Origin: Lachnospiraceae bacterium | Lineage (GTDB): Bacteria > Bacillota > Clostridia > Lachnospirales > Lachnospiraceae | Assembly (NCBI GenBank): GCA_017624855.1 | Contig: JAGAMF010000002.1 | Location: forward strand, 67,866 to 131,865 | Direction: 5' to 3' | Length of the DNA: 64,000 bases | Shown: piece after piece, positions 1 to 9,578 of the stretch | Numbering within the stretch: the first letter of the stretch is position 1 | Layout: the number at the start of each line of letters is the position of its first letter | The notes under the pieces: generated by a model | Seen by the model: only the letters and a program-made list of their open reading frames with translations | Database searches by the model: none | Told to the model about the DNA's origin: nothing | Position numbers and translations under genes: made by a program

Positions 1-724
1 CAACAATACGTCTGATACGATAAACACCGGGCATTTCTGAGAAGTTTTCAAGAATGCCTTCTCCAAAAAAGTATAAAATCACTATAACAAGTGCTACTGC
101 TCCGGCTCCGATTGCCGTTACCGTCAATACCTTCTTAAAATCAGGGCAGGCAACAAATATCATAAGATAAACAATACCAAATACAATAATGGCACTGCTC
201 AAATTCTTACTGATACCTAAAATCATCAAAACAACCGGCAGTGGAAATGCAAACAAGGCAATTAAGAACTGTCTCCAATTACCCAGATTTTTACCCATTT
301 TACAGATAATGTCCGCCATAAACAGAATCATACACAACTTCGCCACTTCCGCAGGCTGTAAGTTAAAGCCGCCTACCAATCGAATCCATCTGGTTGCACC
401 GTTGGCGTCGTGAGACAAAGGTGTGAGGAGTAATAAAAGCAATACAATCGCAACAATATAATATACCGGCGTGAATTTCGCATAAAATTTGGTGGGAATG
501 AACGAAATAAAAATCATGGCAACAAAACCCAAAGCAGCCGCAATCGCCTGTCTCTTCATGTAATATGCGGGATCACCGTAATCCAATCCGGCATTGTATG
601 AACTGGCAGAATAAATCATGATTAATCCAAAAGCAATCAGAAAAACAACCACAAACAACAATGTAAAATCAAAAAAACGGTTTTCTTTTTTCTGACGGGC
701 AAAAAATCGTCTAATGGCCTCCAT
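1..724 (-). CDS. ftsW: FtsW/RodA/SpoVE family SEDS protein, truncated at the window edge (3' end missing)
   Basis: Not in the ORF track because it runs off the edge. ATG at 724 follows RBS AAGGAGG; my translation MEAIRRFFARQKKENRFFDFTLLFVVVFLIAFGLIMIYSASSY...YYMKRQ...GATRWIRL...QPAEVAK has the SEDS motifs; lies directly downstream of murD. Confidence 0.9.
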   Translation of the reverse strand, partial: MEAIRRFFARQKKENRFFDFTLLFVVVFLIAFGLIMIYSASSYNAGLDYGDPAYYMKRQAIAAALGFVAMIFISFIPTKFYAKFTPVYYIVAIVLLLLLLTPLSHDANGATRWIRLVGGFNLQPAEVAKLCMILFMADIICKMGKNLGNWRQFLIALFAFPLPVVLMILGISKNLSSAIIVFGIVYLMIFVACPDFKKVLTVTAIGAGAVALVIVILYFFGEGILENFSEMPGVYRIRRIV

Positions 725-762
725 GTGTTCTTCCTCCTTACTCCTGTCTGACAAATATTGTC

Positions 763-2136
763 TTACGAAATTTTATGTACAAGTTCTTTAAACATTCTGC
801 CTCGAACTTCATAATTGGGGAACATTCCCCAACTTGCACATGCAGGCGACAATAAAACCGCATCGCCCGGCTTTGCTAATGCAACACAAGTCTCCATTGC
901 CTGTTCAAGACTGTCTGTTTTGTATATGTTTTCAAAACCATGCTCTCTGGCGCAAACTTCAATTTTGTCTGCCGTCTGTCCCAAAAGCACAAGTGCCTTT
1001 ACCTTATCACCAAAGGCTTCAATCCATTCATCATAGGTACTGTCCTTATCATAACCGCCACCGATTAAAACAGTAGGTCTGTTCATTGCAAGCACACCCT
1101 TAATTGCCGCATCCGTATTGGTTGCTTTGGAATCATTGTAATAATCTACTCCGTTTTTGGTTGCAACATACTCAATACGATGTTCTACCGCATTAAACTC
1201 TTTTACGGCAGAAATAATATTTTCCATGGGTACGCCGAATGCATAGCACATGCAAATTGCCGCCATAACATTTTCCACATTATGTTTGCCCAAAAGCTTC
1301 ATTTCATGAATATTCATGAGCTGTCTCGGGCCGTCTGCATCCGCATACCAGATATCTTCGCCTTTTAAGAAACAGCCTTCCGCAAGCTCCCGTTCCGATG
1401 AAAAGAACAATGCTTTGGCGCGAACTTTTTTCGCCATTTCTCTGGTTTCTTTATCTTCGTAATTAAGAACCATATAATCATCTTCCGTCTGGTTCTTTGC
1501 AATATCTGTTTTAATTTTTATGTAATTTTCCATGGTATGATGTCTGTTTAAATGATCCGGAGTGACATTCAATACCGCACTGACATGAGGCTTAAAATCA
1601 ATTGCCGTTTCAAGCTGAAAACTGCTGATTTCCGCCACAATTACCGAATCTTCTTTTGTCTCCATGGCAACTTTAGTATAAGGAATTCCGATATTTCCCA
1701 CAACAAAGCTTTTACCGTAATATTTTTCCGTAATTTCACCCACAAGGGCCGTTGTGGTCGTTTTACCGTTGGTTCCCGTAATTGCAATAATATTGCCTTC
1801 TCCCGCCTGATAAGCCAATTCAATTTCGCCGAGAACGGTTTTTCCCGCATCATAGAATTTTTTCGGCAATCCTGTGTCCACGGGCACTCCGGGGCTTGCT
1901 ACCAACATTTCATAATCAGCGAGTACTTCTTCGGAAATTTCACCAAACAGCAAGGAGGCATGAACTCCGTCCATGGTTTTCGCCCCAACGGTCTCAGGGT
2001 CCAAATTGGCATTCGCATCATAAAGCGTAGGCTTTGCTTCCAACTTACGCAACAAGTCATAAGCCGCAATTCCGCTAATACCTGCACCGATTATCAATAT
2101 TTTTTTATCCTTAAAATTCATCTTCTCTTTCATCAT
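763..2136 (-). CDS. murD: UDP-N-acetylmuramoyl-L-alanine--D-glutamate ligase
   Basis: GAGISG, SPGVP, ITGTNGKTTT P-loop, EISSFQL, DHLNRH, NDSKATN and LLSPACASW motifs; dcw context. Confidence 0.97.
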   Translation of the reverse strand: MMKEKMNFKDKKILIIGAGISGIAAYDLLRKLEAKPTLYDANANLDPETVGAKTMDGVHASLLFGEISEEVLADYEMLVASPGVPVDTGLPKKFYDAGKTVLGEIELAYQAGEGNIIAITGTNGKTTTTALVGEITEKYYGKSFVVGNIGIPYTKVAMETKEDSVIVAEISSFQLETAIDFKPHVSAVLNVTPDHLNRHHTMENYIKIKTDIAKNQTEDDYMVLNYEDKETREMAKKVRAKALFFSSERELAEGCFLKGEDIWYADADGPRQLMNIHEMKLLGKHNVENVMAAICMCYAFGVPMENIISAVKEFNAVEHRIEYVATKNGVDYYNDSKATNTDAAIKGVLAMNRPTVLIGGGYDKDSTYDEWIEAFGDKVKALVLLGQTADKIEVCAREHGFENIYKTDSLEQAMETCVALAKPGDAVLLSPACASWGMFPNYEVRGRMFKELVHKIS

Positions 2137-2159
2137 CAGACAATCCTTTTATTTTGCTT

Positions 2160-3116
2160 TTACACACCAAGCAGTGCAATCAGGCATGCAATGGCTGTTA
2201 CAATTGTAAAAACAGCCACAATTTTGGTTTCTTTCCATCCGCAAAGTTCAAAATGATGGTGTATGGGCGCCATTTTAAACAAACGCTTTCCTTTGGTAAT
2301 TTTAAAATAACCCACCTGAAGAATAACGGAAAGCACTTCCGCAACATAAATACATGCCACAATCACCAGGAAAAGAGGCATCTGAAGCACATAAGCCGTG
2401 GCCGCCACAAAACCTCCCAGTGCAAGTGAACCGGTATCACCCATAAAAACACTTGCCGGATGCACATTGAAAAGCAAAAATCCCAATAATGCACCGATTA
2501 CCGCACAGGTAATAGGTTCAATGCCGCTCTGCGTTCCGATTGCCACCACCGAAAAGAACATGGTAATCATAAGGGTTACGGAACTTGCCAAACCATCCAA
2601 TCCATCCGTAAAATTAGCGCCCGTATCCGTTCCCAGAATTACAATAAACATAAAAGGAATGTTAAACCAGCCCAAATCAAGGGTAACACCGGGCAAAAAG
2701 GGTACTTTCATGGCAAAATCAATATCCGTATATTGATACAGATAAAAGATAAAAATACCTGTAATAAGAATCTGAAGTCCCATTTTCTGCCATGCGCGCA
2801 GTCCCATGGAACGCTTCAATACCACCTTAATATAATCATCCAAAAAACCCACAAGACCAAATCCAAGTGTCAAAAACAAAACAGGGATAATCTTAGGATA
2901 ATCTTTGATATAAAACACAGATGCTGCCACGATTCCCAGAAGAATCATAATTCCGCCCATCGTCGGCGTTCCTGATTTGCTTAAATGTGTTTTGGGGCCG
3001 TCATCTCTTACGGTCTGCCCTACTTTTAACCTTCTTAAAAAGGGAATTAAAAGAGGCCCTAAAATAACACTTACCGCAAACGCAATTATAACGGGAATAA
3101 TCGAATCATACATCAT
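2160..3116 (-). CDS. mraY: Phospho-N-acetylmuramoyl-pentapeptide transferase
   Basis: KSGTPTMGG, GFLDDYIK, NFTDGLDGL, FMGDTGSLALG, MAPIHHHFEL motifs. Start placed at MMYDS (3116/3113), after GGAAAGGA. Confidence 0.97.
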   Translation of the reverse strand: MMYDSIIPVIIAFAVSVILGPLLIPFLRRLKVGQTVRDDGPKTHLSKSGTPTMGGIMILLGIVAASVFYIKDYPKIIPVLFLTLGFGLVGFLDDYIKVVLKRSMGLRAWQKMGLQILITGIFIFYLYQYTDIDFAMKVPFLPGVTLDLGWFNIPFMFIVILGTDTGANFTDGLDGLASSVTLMITMFFSVVAIGTQSGIEPITCAVIGALLGFLLFNVHPASVFMGDTGSLALGGFVAATAYVLQMPLFLVIVACIYVAEVLSVILQVGYFKITKGKRLFKMAPIHHHFELCGWKETKIVAVFTIVTAIACLIALLGV

Positions 3117-3154
3117 TTCACAAGTTCCTTTCCATGGGCATATGTATTGCAATT

Positions 3155-4903
3155 TCACTCTGCCCGCTGTTCATTATAGTTCATTCTTTCCAAATACGGA
3201 AGTATATTTTCAAATAATCGGCGCACTACCGGTGCCGCAATGGTTCCACCGTAATATACTCCTTTGGGATTATGTATTATCACCAGTGCAATCACTTGCG
3301 GGTCCTCTGCCGGAGCAAATCCCACGAAAGACGCAATATATTTTCCGCTTCCTCTGGGTAGTGTCTGGCTGGTTGCGGTTTTTCCGCCTACTGCAAAACC
3401 TTCCACATATCCGTTACGACCGGTTCCTTCGGAAACTACTTTTTCGAGCAACTCTCTTACGGTTTGGGATGTTTCTTCACTAACCAGCCCTTCCACGCTT
3501 TCATACTCGAACTCCTTCACAACACTTCCGTCCTCCGCCAGTGTTCTCAAGCCAAAATGCGGGGTTACTCTTGTTCCGCCGTTTATAATCATGGAAACGG
3601 TTGTAATAAGCTGAATGGGGGTAATCTGAAACGACTGACCAAAAGATACGGTAGCAAGCTCAACCGGTCCCATATTCTCTGCTCTATGCATAATGGTTCC
3701 CGCCTCGCCCGGTAAATCAATTCCCGTTTTTTCCGTCAGCTTAAACTGTTGAAAATAATCCACAAATCTGTCTACACCAAGTCGTAAGCCAACACTGATA
3801 AACACCGGATTGCAGGAATTCATAATCCCCTGGGTAAAAGTTTCGCTCCCGTGACCAACGGTTTTATGACAACGAATTTTTCGGTCCTCTACCATAATAT
3901 ATCCCGGGCAATGAAAACTATCCCCGGGTGTGACAATTCCTTCTTCTAAACCGGCGGCGGTTGTTATAATTTTAAAAGTAGAGCCAGGCTCATAGGTATC
4001 ATTGATACAACCGTTTCTCCACATGGCATTTAAGGCGTTCTGATAATCTTCACCCGCAGGCTCCTCTTCATACGCTGCCAAATTCAGTTCATAAGGGCTG
4101 TTTAACTGAAATTCCGGCACATCAACCATGGCATAAACTTCACCGTTTTGCGGATTCATTACAATAACAGAAACCCTATCGGCTTCGTTGTTTGCCATTG
4201 CCTGTTCGGCAAGCTGAGTGGCATACTCCTGGATATTCATATCAATACTGATTTGTAAATCATTCCCTTTTACAGGCTCAACACGGGTCTCTGCCGCATT
4301 CTCCACCTCAACGCCCGAAGCATCCGTCAAAGTTAAAATCGTTCCGGAAGTTCCTTGTAACTCTTCATCATATATTACTTCCAAACCGATGATTCCCTGA
4401 TTATCAGCGCCGGTGAATCCTAATACCTTAGATGCAATATCGTTATAAGGATAATATCTTTTATAATCCTCATCCACTTTTACACCGGCAAGATTATATC
4501 CTCGGATACGGTCTCCGATTTCTTTTTCCACATTACTTTTAATCTTTTCTATGGAGGACCACTTCTCCACTCTGGCCCTTACCTTATCTTCCGGCAAGGA
4601 AAGCTCACGGCTTAATATCTCAATCACCTTTTCCGGTTCTTTAATCTGACTATGAATAACGGATATGGTGCACACCGCACGATTATCTGCAATTACGGCT
4701 CCGTTTCTGTCAATGATTTTCCCTCGGGCGGCTTTGATATATCGTTCTCTTTCATGCAGTTGCTCGGCACGCTCCGAGTAGTATTCTCCACGAATCAACA
4801 TAATATAACCTATGCGACAAATTAGAACACTTGCCACCAAAAGCAATGACATGAACAAGATAAAAATTCTGCTATGATGCCTTGTTTTATTTCTTTCTTG
4901 CAT
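3155..4903 (-). CDS. spoVD: Class B penicillin-binding protein, SpoVD-like
   Basis: N-terminal TM, RGKIIDRNG, RYYPY, GLE, EPGSTFK (SxxK), SCN (SxN), KTAT (KTG variant). Second PBP of the dcw cluster, preceded by a sigmaE-like promoter. Confidence 0.8.
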   Translation of the reverse strand: MQERNKTRHHSRIFILFMSLLLVASVLICRIGYIMLIRGEYYSERAEQLHERERYIKAARGKIIDRNGAVIADNRAVCTISVIHSQIKEPEKVIEILSRELSLPEDKVRARVEKWSSIEKIKSNVEKEIGDRIRGYNLAGVKVDEDYKRYYPYNDIASKVLGFTGADNQGIIGLEVIYDEELQGTSGTILTLTDASGVEVENAAETRVEPVKGNDLQISIDMNIQEYATQLAEQAMANNEADRVSVIVMNPQNGEVYAMVDVPEFQLNSPYELNLAAYEEEPAGEDYQNALNAMWRNGCINDTYEPGSTFKIITTAAGLEEGIVTPGDSFHCPGYIMVEDRKIRCHKTVGHGSETFTQGIMNSCNPVFISVGLRLGVDRFVDYFQQFKLTEKTGIDLPGEAGTIMHRAENMGPVELATVSFGQSFQITPIQLITTVSMIINGGTRVTPHFGLRTLAEDGSVVKEFEYESVEGLVSEETSQTVRELLEKVVSEGTGRNGYVEGFAVGGKTATSQTLPRGSGKYIASFVGFAPAEDPQVIALVIIHNPKGVYYGGTIAAPVVRRLFENILPYLERMNYNEQRAE

Positions 4904-4906
4904 AGA

Positions 4907-4960
4907 AACCTCACCAAAGCGGCTTTAATACATTTTATTAGCGCTTAGGTGAGGTTATTC
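4907..4960 (-). promoter_or_regulatory. RBS-sequestering inverted repeat with a nested sigmaE-like promoter upstream of spoVD
   Basis: aacctcacc (4907-4915) and ggtgaggtt (4948-4956) form an inverted repeat, extended by AAGCG/CGCTT; the mRNA 3' arm is the spoVD RBS GGUGAGG. Minus strand reads GAATAAC (4960-4954)-N14-AATAAAAT (4939-4932), resembling the sigmaE consensus ATA-N16-18-cATAcanT. Confidence 0.6.
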
Positions 4961-4977
4961 TGCGAACATACTCACGA

Positions 4978-7269
4978 TTACTCTTCGGAACTCTCAGTTC
5001 CTCCCTGAATCAATCCCGATCCGGGATTAATCGGTCTTCCCGTCTCCGGATCCAAAAATTCTCCTGTATATGGGTCTATTGCATAACCGGTTTCCGGGTC
5101 GATTTGCACATCCGGTCTCTGTGTTTCCTCTGAAGTTTCTTCGCCGATTTCTTCTGTTGAATCTTCCGAAGTTTCTTCATCGGTTTCTTCTTCCGGCTTA
5201 ATCAGATTTGCATTGTATAAGCCTCTGGCTTCCAAATCTGCAATTTCTTCTTCCGACAACTCTTCTGTCATAAAAATATTCAGGTACGGCAATACTTCCG
5301 TAAGAATCTCTTTACAAATCAAGCAGGCTTCCGCCGTACCCAATGTCTGATCCGGCATGTTGGGTCTGTCAATTACAACATAAATTGCAATCTGCGGATC
5401 GTCTGCAGGGGCATATCCCATAAAAGAAACCACATAATCCTCACGGCTTCTTTGACCGTCCGTTACTGTTTCGGCAGTACCTGTTTTACCACCGATTGCA
5501 TAACCGGCAGGTCTTGCTTTTTTACCGGTACCGCTAATTACTACTTCATTACAATACTCGATAATCTTTTCGGATGTGGATGCCGATATGGTCTGCTTCA
5601 AAACACGGGGTTCGATATTTTCAATTACAGAACCATCCGGTCCGATAATCTGACTTACCATATGAGGTTCATAATAATAACCGCCGTTTACCAATGAACA
5701 GAAAGCAGAAATCATCTGAATCATGGTAACATTGTATCCCTGTCCGAAAGTAGAGGTTGCAAGTTCTGTAGGACCCATAGTATTGGTGTTGAATACCAAG
5801 GCATCCGTTCTCGCCTCGCCGTTTAAGTCAATATTGGTTTTTAAACCAAAATTAAACTCTTCGAAATATTTTAAATAAGTTGTTTTACCCATATCGTTAC
5901 CGATATGCATCATTGCTACGTTACAAGACTGTGCTACAGCATTTTGAACGGTAATTTCACCATCACCGTATCTGTTATGGCAGCGGATTTTATATCCGCC
6001 GATTTCCAAAAGACCACCACAGTAGTATGTTTCGTTACCGGTAATGGTTCCGGAATCCAATGCCATTGCCACCGTAAAAGGCTTGGCAACCGAACCGGGT
6101 TCATATGTCTGAGAAATGCAGAAATTCTTCCACAATCCTGCCAACAAATCTGTTACCGTTACTCTGTCTTCTTCCTCTTCTTCCGGCTCTTCCGAAGCAA
6201 CACCTTCCTCTGATGTCTCGCCCTCTTCCGAGGTTACTTCGTCTGCATTCGCATTAGCGCCCTCTTCTTCTGCCTTCTTCTGTTCTTCCAGCTCTTTTTC
6301 ATATGCTCTGGCATCCGCTACCAGCTCAGGATCAAAATACAGCTCAGCATTTCTGGGCTGATTTAAGTCAAAAAACGGATAACCTGCCATAGCCAAAACC
6401 TCACCGGAATTGACATCCATGATAATACAGCCGGTATTGTAGCTTCCATCTTCACCCTCACGGTAATTATTGGCAAAAGCCTCGTTATAATCCTTAATTT
6501 TCTCTTCTACGATTTTTTGAATATTGACATCAATGGTAGATACCAATGTGTTTCCGTCCACCGCAGGAATGGTTGTTTGGGCAATGTTGGAATCCTCGTT
6601 CAAATAACCGTAAGTTCTTCCGTTAGTGCCGTTTAATGTTTCATCATAATACTGTTCCAAGCCGTATGCACCTTTATTACCGGCATTGGTATAACCCAAA
6701 ACATCACAAGCCACGGTGTCCAAAGGATAATATCTGATATATTCCGGTTCAAACGTAATTCCCGAAATCTTAATTAAATCCTCTGATGTCTTGGATTCCG
6801 CCTCCATATCAAGAAATACTTTGATCTGTTCGTATTCGAGCTTTCTTCCAAGCACATGATACTGAGACTCCGGGTTTTCCCTGATGTAAGCTTCAATTTC
6901 TTTTTTATCGTAACCAAAACATTCATGAAGCGCATTTAAGGTGGCATCCAAATGTCCGGCTTTTAAATTTTCGTTGTATGTAACAACCTGAGCCGACAAA
7001 ACCACATTATACACTCTTCTGCTGGCTGCCATGGTTGTTCCCTGACGGTCCACAATACTTCCTCTCTGATAAGGAATCGTTGAACTTCCGTACGCACGCT
7101 GAGACAATACCTGATGAGTATATTCGTCGCCCTTTTCCGTATTGATTAAAGTTAATCTAACCCCAAGCACGACAAAAGCTAGTAACACTAAAAAGAATAG
7201 TATTACTAGTTTCTGACGAAGGTTAATATTTAATTCTTTATTGCTTTTGCTTTTCTTTCTTCTTTCCAA
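4978..7269 (-). CDS. ftsI: Class B penicillin-binding protein (FtsI/Pbp2B-like) with acidic insertions
   Basis: TM anchor, RGSIVDRQG, RYYP, GLEQYYD, EPGSVAK, QSCN, KTGT. TTG start; follows ftsL. Confidence 0.85.
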   Translation of the reverse strand: MERRKKSKSNKELNINLRQKLVILFFLVLLAFVVLGVRLTLINTEKGDEYTHQVLSQRAYGSSTIPYQRGSIVDRQGTTMAASRRVYNVVLSAQVVTYNENLKAGHLDATLNALHECFGYDKKEIEAYIRENPESQYHVLGRKLEYEQIKVFLDMEAESKTSEDLIKISGITFEPEYIRYYPLDTVACDVLGYTNAGNKGAYGLEQYYDETLNGTNGRTYGYLNEDSNIAQTTIPAVDGNTLVSTIDVNIQKIVEEKIKDYNEAFANNYREGEDGSYNTGCIIMDVNSGEVLAMAGYPFFDLNQPRNAELYFDPELVADARAYEKELEEQKKAEEEGANANADEVTSEEGETSEEGVASEEPEEEEEDRVTVTDLLAGLWKNFCISQTYEPGSVAKPFTVAMALDSGTITGNETYYCGGLLEIGGYKIRCHNRYGDGEITVQNAVAQSCNVAMMHIGNDMGKTTYLKYFEEFNFGLKTNIDLNGEARTDALVFNTNTMGPTELATSTFGQGYNVTMIQMISAFCSLVNGGYYYEPHMVSQIIGPDGSVIENIEPRVLKQTISASTSEKIIEYCNEVVISGTGKKARPAGYAIGGKTGTAETVTDGQRSREDYVVSFMGYAPADDPQIAIYVVIDRPNMPDQTLGTAEACLICKEILTEVLPYLNIFMTEELSEEEIADLEARGLYNANLIKPEEETDEETSEDSTEEIGEETSEETQRPDVQIDPETGYAIDPYTGEFLDPETGRPINPGSGLIQGGTESSEE

Positions 7270-7285
7270 ATCTACACCCGCTTAA

Positions 7286-7777
7286 TTATTCGATGTCGGA
7301 ATATTGTTTTACATAGTCTCCAATAGTATCGGTGTATGTTATAATCTGGCCTTCCAATGCATAGTGCATGCCCAACTCTTCCTGGGCAATTCTTCTTACC
7401 TCATCCAAATCAACGGCATTTACGATTCTGCTGTACGCTTCATCGTTATCTGTTTTCAGATTCAGATACTGGCTCTCCAACGCACCGATATTTCTTACGC
7501 TGGCAGTTACTTCCGCATTTGCCTGAATATAACTTGCAATCACTACAACAGCTACCGCCATTGCGCATACCAGGAAAAGAACATAGGGCAAATTCATATT
7601 CTTTGCTCTGTCGCTCTGCTTTCTGGTTGCCACATCCGGGCGGCGTCTGGGTTCTTCATCCAACACGCGATTAATATCTGTTACTGTATTTCCATATACA
7701 TAATTCGTTCTGCTTACAACCCGTCCGTTCTGATAGACAGCCTGTCTTCCGTTTGAATATCGTACTGTTCTCTCCAT
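7286..7777 (-). CDS. ftsL: FtsL/DivIC-like cell division protein
   Basis: Single TM, then a coiled coil and DLDEVRRIAQEELGMHYA; lies between rsmH and a PBP. Confidence 0.75.
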   Translation of the reverse strand: MERTVRYSNGRQAVYQNGRVVSRTNYVYGNTVTDINRVLDEEPRRRPDVATRKQSDRAKNMNLPYVLFLVCAMAVAVVVIASYIQANAEVTASVRNIGALESQYLNLKTDNDEAYSRIVNAVDLDEVRRIAQEELGMHYALEGQIITYTDTIGDYVKQYSDIE

Positions 7778-7847
7778 ATTTTACTATCCTCCTTGATATT
7801 ACACAATCCTTGATTTGTAAAAAATCCTATCTTTTATCTTCTTTTTT

Positions 7848-8786
7848 CTACCGTTTCTTTTCGAAAATCCTTAATTTTGCCGATTTTGAGCGTTTATTCT
7901 CTTCGATTTCTTCATCGCTCGGCAAAATCGGTTTCCTTGTAACCACTTTACCTTGTGATACGTTTCCGCAAGTACAAATCGGGAAACTCGGCGGACATAT
8001 ACAAGGATTCTCCGCCTTCTTAAAAGCAGATTTCACAATTCTGTCTTCCAAGGAATGAAAGGTAATAATGCATAGGCGTCCACCGGGCTTCAATACCTCA
8101 ATCATGTCATCCAAAGTATCTCTTAAAACTTCCAACTCCCGGTTGCACTCAATACGAATCGCCTGAAATGTACGCTTGGAAGGATGTCCTCCCGTAGCTC
8201 GCATCTTGGCGGGAATTGCCGCTTTAATCACCTCATTCAATTCAAAAGTTGTTTCAATGGGTTTCTCTGCTCTTGCTCTTACAATGTGCTTTGCAATATT
8301 CTTGGCGAACTGGTCTTCTCCGTAATCTTTGATAATACGAAAAAGTTCTGTTTCACTGTAGCCGTTTACGATATCTTTTGCAGTAAGGGTCTGTCGCTGA
8401 TCCATACGCATGTCCAAAGGAGCATCGTTTTTGTACCCGAATCCTCGCTCCACCGTATCAAGCTGGTAAGAAGATACTCCCAAATCCAGCATAATACCGT
8501 CTACTCCCTCCGGGGCATGTTCTTTTAAAATCTCCTTCATGGCCGCATAATTGCTGCGCACAATCGTAACTTTATCTTCATAAGGCTGCAATCTTGCCGT
8601 TGCTGCCGCAATGGCATCTGCATCCTGATCGATTCCGATGTGTCTTCCACCGTCACCGAGTTTCTTAACAATCTCCACGGAATGTCCTGCACCGCCCAGG
8701 GTTCCGTCTACATAGATTCCGTCCGGTTTAATATTTAATCCTTCAATTGTTTCCCAAAGAAGGACCGACTTATGTTCAAATCCCAT
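7848..8786 (-). CDS. rsmH: 16S rRNA m4C1402 methyltransferase
   Basis: [53 protein letters not shown]. Start at MGFEH after GGAGGAG. Confidence 0.97.
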   Translation of the reverse strand: MGFEHKSVLLWETIEGLNIKPDGIYVDGTLGGAGHSVEIVKKLGDGGRHIGIDQDADAIAAATARLQPYEDKVTIVRSNYAAMKEILKEHAPEGVDGIMLDLGVSSYQLDTVERGFGYKNDAPLDMRMDQRQTLTAKDIVNGYSETELFRIIKDYGEDQFAKNIAKHIVRARAEKPIETTFELNEVIKAAIPAKMRATGGHPSKRTFQAIRIECNRELEVLRDTLDDMIEVLKPGGRLCIITFHSLEDRIVKSAFKKAENPCICPPSFPICTCGNVSQGKVVTRKPILPSDEEIEENKRSKSAKLRIFEKKR

Positions 8787-8809
8787 ATTCTCCTCCAAAA
8801 CAATTGTGA

Positions 8810-9250
8810 TTAAATCCAGATACCGGCTTCATCAAGCTCTTCGGTAATTTCACTGATATTAGTGGCATTCATGATTTCATCGTAGGATTCCTTCGCCCAG
8901 ATTTCGATGTGACTTCCCATACCTACAAGCACTACTTCCTTTATCAACTTGGCATATTCGCGAAGGAAGGCGGGAATCAGAATTCTACCCTGACTGTCTG
9001 TCTCCACTTCCGTTGCACCACCGATTAAGAAACGGGTAAATTCTCTTGCTTTACGGTTAGTCATACGAACTTCACTGAACTTGTCCATGACCTTATTCCA
9101 TTCGTCTTGGGTATACACAAACAGGCAGTCATCAATTCCCCTTGTTAAAACAAATGCTTCACCCAGCATCTCACGATACTTTGCGGGAACGATTAGCCTG
9201 CCTTTGGAATCAACGGTATGCGAATGTTCACCCATGAATCCGTTTGCCAT
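8810..9250 (-). CDS. mraZ: Division/cell wall cluster transcriptional repressor
   Basis: [18 protein letters not shown] and second repeat [11 protein letters not shown]...EIW. Start at MANG after AGAGG. Confidence 0.95.
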   Translation of the reverse strand: MANGFMGEHSHTVDSKGRLIVPAKYREMLGEAFVLTRGIDDCLFVYTQDEWNKVMDKFSEVRMTNRKAREFTRFLIGGATEVETDSQGRILIPAFLREYAKLIKEVVLVGMGSHIEIWAKESYDEIMNATNISEITEELDEAGIWI

Positions 9251-9287
9251 AACTACCTCTTTTTTAGACGTCAAAACGGAGGATATC

Positions 9288-9372
9288 GACCACTTTCCTC
9301 CACAAAATCACACTTTTTAGTGTTTTTTACCACTTTTATGATTATTCTACCCCTATTTCCCTCATTTGGCAA
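9288..9372 (-). promoter_or_regulatory. dcw promoter (TTGCCA-N17-TAGAAT) with 10-nt-phased GTGG MraZ-type boxes
   Basis: Minus strand TTGCCA (9372-9367)-17 nt-TAGAAT (9349-9344), followed by GTGGTAAAAA ACACTAAAAA GTGTGATTTT GTGGAGGAAA GTGGTC; GTGG/GTGT recur at exact multiples of 10 nt, like MraZ-binding repeats. Confidence 0.75.
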
Positions 9373-9456
9373 GTACATTTTTATATCTTTTTTTATACTT
9401 GTGGTTGGATTGTTTTTTGCCCCAAAATATAGTGTTCCGGGCTCTTTTATGCATAT

Positions 9457-9492
9457 AAAAAAGGGCTGTTTCTTAGTAGAAACAACCCTTTT
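9457..9492 (-). terminator. Intrinsic terminator separating the lipoprotein island from mraZ
   Basis: Minus strand AAAAGGGTTGTTTCT-ACTA-AGAAACAGCCCTTTTTT. Confidence 0.8.
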
Positions 9493-9578
9493 ATCGTTCA
9501 GTTTTATAAAATCCCTTTTACACAATTTCGATTTGTACTATTTTGACACAGAGATAAATATCTCTACTGCCACTCATA

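Noticed and set aside
3155-4903. KTA instead of KTG as a sign of an inactive PBP
   Set aside because: SxxK and SxN are intact, the Lys-Thr of the third motif is retained, and I recall this variant in SpoVD-like proteins of this lineage.
9271-9525. 84-aa ORF upstream of mraZ as a leader peptide
   Set aside because: It runs through a terminator, the dcw promoter and the MraZ boxes, and has no clear RBS.
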